Source: an uncultured Frigidibacter sp.
GTDB lineage: Bacteria; Pseudomonadota; Alphaproteobacteria; Rhodobacterales; Rhodobacteraceae
Direction of reading: 5' to 3'
NCBI GenBank assembly: GCA_964582215.1
Contig: CAZORV010000001.1
Location: 6,475-70,474, forward strand
Length of the DNA stretch: 64,000 bases
Both the position numbers and the translations under genes were made by a program. Below the pieces are notes generated by a model. It saw only the letters and a list, made by a program, of their open reading frames with translations. It ran no database searches and was not told the DNA's origin. Positions 62,889 to 64,000 of this stretch are shown piece by piece; within the stretch, counting starts at the first letter, position 1, and every line of letters begins with the position of its first letter.

Positions 62889-63890
62889 ATGACCTCGACC
62901 CTTGAAATCGCCTGGGACGATACCGTCCTGCCGTTCCAGCTGGACCAGTCGGACATTCGCGGCCGCGTGGCGCGGCTGGATGGCACGCTGGACCGGATTC
63001 TGGGCCAGCACGCCTATCCGCCCGCGGTCGAGGCGCTGGTCGCCGAGGCGGCGGTTCTGACGGCGCTGATCGGCCAGACGGTGAAGCTGCGCTGGAAACT
63101 GTCGCTGCAAATCCGCGGCAACGGCCCGGTGCGGATCATTGCCACCGACTATTTCGCGCCGGCGGCCGAAGGGGCGCCCGCACAGGTCCGCGCCTGGGCC
63201 TCGTTCGATGCCGACCGGGTGGATCAGGGCGCCAGGCCGTTCGACCTGATCGGCAGCGGCTATTTCGCGGTGCTGATCGACCAGGGCGAGGGCATGGTGC
63301 CCTATCAGGGCATCACGCCGATTGCCGGCGGGTCGCTTTCCGCCTGTGCAGAGACCTATTTCGCCCAGTCCGAACAGCTGCCGACCCGTTTTCAGCTGTC
63401 GTTCGGCAAGTCGCGCCTGAAGGGCGGCGAAGAGGCCTGGCGCGCGGGCGGGGTGATGCTGCAGCATATGCCCAAGGCCTCGCCCTCGGTCGCGGCCGAT
63501 GCGGGGTCGGGCGAAGGCGGGCTTCTGACCCATGCCGACATCCTCGGCGGGTCCGAGGGCGAGAACTGGGCCCGGGTCAACCTTCTGCTTGACACGGTCG
63601 AGGAGCTGGAGCTGATCGGCCCGTCGGTTCAGCCGACCGAACTGCTGATCCGGCTGTTCCACGAAGAGGGACCGAGGGTGTTTGATGCCCAGCCGGTGCG
63701 CTTCGGCTGCACCTGTTCGCCCGACAAGGTCCGTCAGAGCCTGTCGATCTATTCGGCCAAGGACATTGCGACCATGACGACCGAGGCGGGGATCGTCACC
63801 GCCGACTGCCAGTTCTGCGGTGCGCACTACGAATTCGACCCCGCAACCCTGGGATTCGAGGCGAAAGGCCAGGCGGGTGCCGAGGCCTGA
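62889..63890 (+). CDS. hslO: Hsp33 redox-regulated chaperone
   Basis: YQGI, YFAQSEQLPT, AGGVMLQ and zinc motif CTC...CQFC. Confidence 0.95.
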   Translation: MTSTLEIAWDDTVLPFQLDQSDIRGRVARLDGTLDRILGQHAYPPAVEALVAEAAVLTALIGQTVKLRWKLSLQIRGNGPVRIIATDYFAPAAEGAPAQVRAWASFDADRVDQGARPFDLIGSGYFAVLIDQGEGMVPYQGITPIAGGSLSACAETYFAQSEQLPTRFQLSFGKSRLKGGEEAWRAGGVMLQHMPKASPSVAADAGSGEGGLLTHADILGGSEGENWARVNLLLDTVEELELIGPSVQPTELLIRLFHEEGPRVFDAQPVRFGCTCSPDKVRQSLSIYSAKDIATMTTEAGIVTADCQFCGAHYEFDPATLGFEAKGQAGAEA

Positions 63891-64000
63891 CGAAATCGCC
63901 CGGCTGGTCGCGGCACTGGCGCGGACCGGGCGCGATACGTCGGACTATGATCTGAACCCGGCGCTGGCGCTGGCGCCCGGTCGCAGCCTGCGCCCGGCCG
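63877..64000 (+). CDS. CoA pyrophosphatase (NUDIX) N-terminus, partial
   Basis: Manual translation from GTG 63877: MPRPDEIARLVAALARTGRDTSDYDLNPALALAPGRSLRPA. The SDYDLNP...LRPA segment is typical of this family, which commonly follows hslO. Confidence 0.7.
   Translation, partial: MPRPDEIARLVAALARTGRDTSDYDLNPALALAPGRSLRPA

Noticed and set aside
62379..63827. 482-aa ORF as a long NUDIX fusion
   Set aside because: The upstream part is the antisense of hslO. The real NUDIX gene starts at 62819.

Overview
GC-rich, densely coding chromosomal window from an alphaproteobacterium. Gene content and order point to Rhodobacteraceae/Paracoccaceae (Rhodobacter/Tabrizicola/Gemmobacter-like); this is an inference. 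Layout: (1) 1-24.4 kb core housekeeping and envelope genes (LON-domain protein, ybbN/cnoX, xth, MFS, cenR with a 3'-UTR SorX-like sRNA, ribA, L,D-transpeptidase, yggS, porin, rsmD, peroxiredoxin, mlaA/mlaC, PBP1A, glnK-amtB, aminotransferase, sseA, smpB). Four convergent intergenic gaps in this part carry modular palindromic repeats. (2) 24.4-37.9 kb part of a flagellar cluster (fliP-fliN-fliH-fliF / fliL-orf-motE-motA-large periplasmic protein-lytic transglycosylase-flhA-fliR-flhB-orf) with CtrA-like sites. (3) 38.0-50.0 kb accessory block: a DedA/TVP38-flavoprotein disulfide reductase fusion with a CDP-alcohol phosphotransferase and a ynjBCD-like ABC importer; a secreted vanadium haloperoxidase-family gene coupled to a CRTAC1/ASPIC-UnbV gene; and an ECF sigma/anti-sigma/subtilase triad. 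(4) 50.1-59.3 kb LysR-linked methylated-amine catabolic operon (two GcvT-family dehydrogenases, an ICL/PEP-mutase-like protein, a non-pyrrolysine MttB, a beta-hydroxyacid dehydrogenase). (5) 59.3-64 kb ilvA, Hpt/PP2C pair, NUDIX, hslO, partial CoA pyrophosphatase. I saw no rRNA, tRNA, CRISPR array, transposase or integrase. The best candidates for poorly described biology are the three modules in the 38-50 kb block, the MttB operon and a putative amtB 3'-UTR sRNA. All assignments come from motif recognition by eye; no database search was run.
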